Assembly (NCBI GenBank): GCA_965153355.1 | Contig: OZ231126.1 | Location: 2,480,001-2,544,000 of the forward strand | Origin: Flaccisagitta enflata | Lineage: Eukaryota | DNA length: 64,000 nucleotides | Direction of reading: 5' to 3' | In this document: piece by piece, positions 63,080-64,000 of the stretch | Position numbering within the stretch: the stretch's first letter is position 1 | How the letters are laid out: every line of letters starts with the position of its first letter | The notes under the pieces: generated by a model | The model's input: the letters and a program-made list of their open reading frames with translations, nothing else | Database searches by the model: none | What the model was told of the DNA's origin: nothing | Translations under genes and position numbers: made by a program

Positions 63080-63300
63080 TTTTTTTAGTCGCGTGCTACG
63101 CGACTCTACACCCCGCTTTGTCGGTCCTTCGGTCCGTCCGTCCGTCCGTCGGTCCATCCGTCCATCCGTCACACTTTACTTTTTCAGCGTTTATGGGGTT
63201 TTTGGCTATACCGCTCCTGCCCAAATGCTCAACTGACCTCAAATATGGCCCCTGCCCACCCGCACGCGACTGGGGTAGCCGTGTATCCGGCCTTGTTTTT
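63080..63300 (+). mobile_element. DINE-1/Helentron-like family A, representative copy; others at ~2853-3056(-), 13240-13372(-), 16696-17111(+), 18983-19226(-), 19834-20223(-), 22878-23096(+), 48535-49024(-), 52879-53026(+), 54238-54405(+)
   Basis: T-run, agtcgcgtgc-(t)acgcgact inverted repeat, (gtcc/gtcg)n microsatellite, 3' gcacgcgact, short hairpin gccg-tgtatc-cggc, cttgtt-T run; no TSD. Confidence 0.8.
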
Positions 63301-64000
63301 TCTGAAGTTATTGGTGGACGAAGAGCATTGTTGAAGGTTGCAATTACGATCAATTTGCCCTACTTTCTTAGGACCTACAGTTGATTTGGTCCAGACTAGA
63401 GGGGGGCAAGCATAATAAAAGTGAAAAAATTATGAGAGTGACATTTTGCATATGAAAGAATAAAAGTGCGTCAATCAATATTACAATTGACTGCCTTAGA
63501 AATACATTTTCATATTTTCCTGTTTATTTTCAAAAAAAATGTAATATTCATCTTTTTAGCAATATTATTCTTAAATCTTTATTTATTTTCTCATTTTCAT
63601 GCCCCCATTTCTTCAAATCGAGACAATAGCTACTGTACCAACTGGCTGGGTGTTGCGTGGTCAGTCAGTAATTGGGAACCATTCTTAATGAAGGTCTGTT
63701 TCATTTTAGGTGCGACACTGCATCTTAAAAAGAGGCACTGTCCGTTGGTTGGTCTGTCTTTGGGTCATACTTGGATGAAAGGTTGCTACTTCCTCTTTTG
63801 GGCTCATCTGTTCTATAACAAAAACGTATTCTATTTATCATAGTTGGTGTTCATTGAATATTGTTCAACGTGACTGACATAGAAGAAATATTTGAAATAT
63901 AGCCAATTTACATCATTTTAGTGTTGATCACGTAATTCTATCTTTTGCCAAATTTAAAACTAACAATAACATTGCAAAAAAGAAGAGATGGATAAATACC

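Overview
AT-rich, repeat-dense animal (probably invertebrate) genomic DNA; there are no prokaryote-style genes, and nearly all ORFs in the supplied track come from microsatellites or repeats. Read by hand, the + strand carries one large spliced gene that starts upstream of the window. Eighteen phase-consistent GT-AG exons (435-21543, about 747 codons, no internal stop) encode the tail of one fibrinogen-related domain (FReD/FBG) followed by three highly divergent tandem FReDs. Weaker exon candidates at 36140-44181 look like the start of a further FReD. A phase-compatible terminal exon at 45820-46259 encodes a scavenger-receptor cysteine-rich (SRCR) domain. The gene has unusual splicing-related structures: a 72-bp tandem array copying an exon end with its donor site, an ~80-bp array copying an acceptor, and a 3-kb intron whose ends are a perfect 16-bp inverted repeat just before a 16-nt micro-exon. 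Introns and the downstream region are packed with DINE-1/Helentron-like non-autonomous elements, TA-flanked and hAT-type MITEs, kilobase foldback palindromes, truncated non-LTR retrotransposon fragments, a tRNA-like Pol III unit, interstitial TTAGGG repeats, and micro/minisatellites. All calls come from manual reading and motif recognition; no database search was run.
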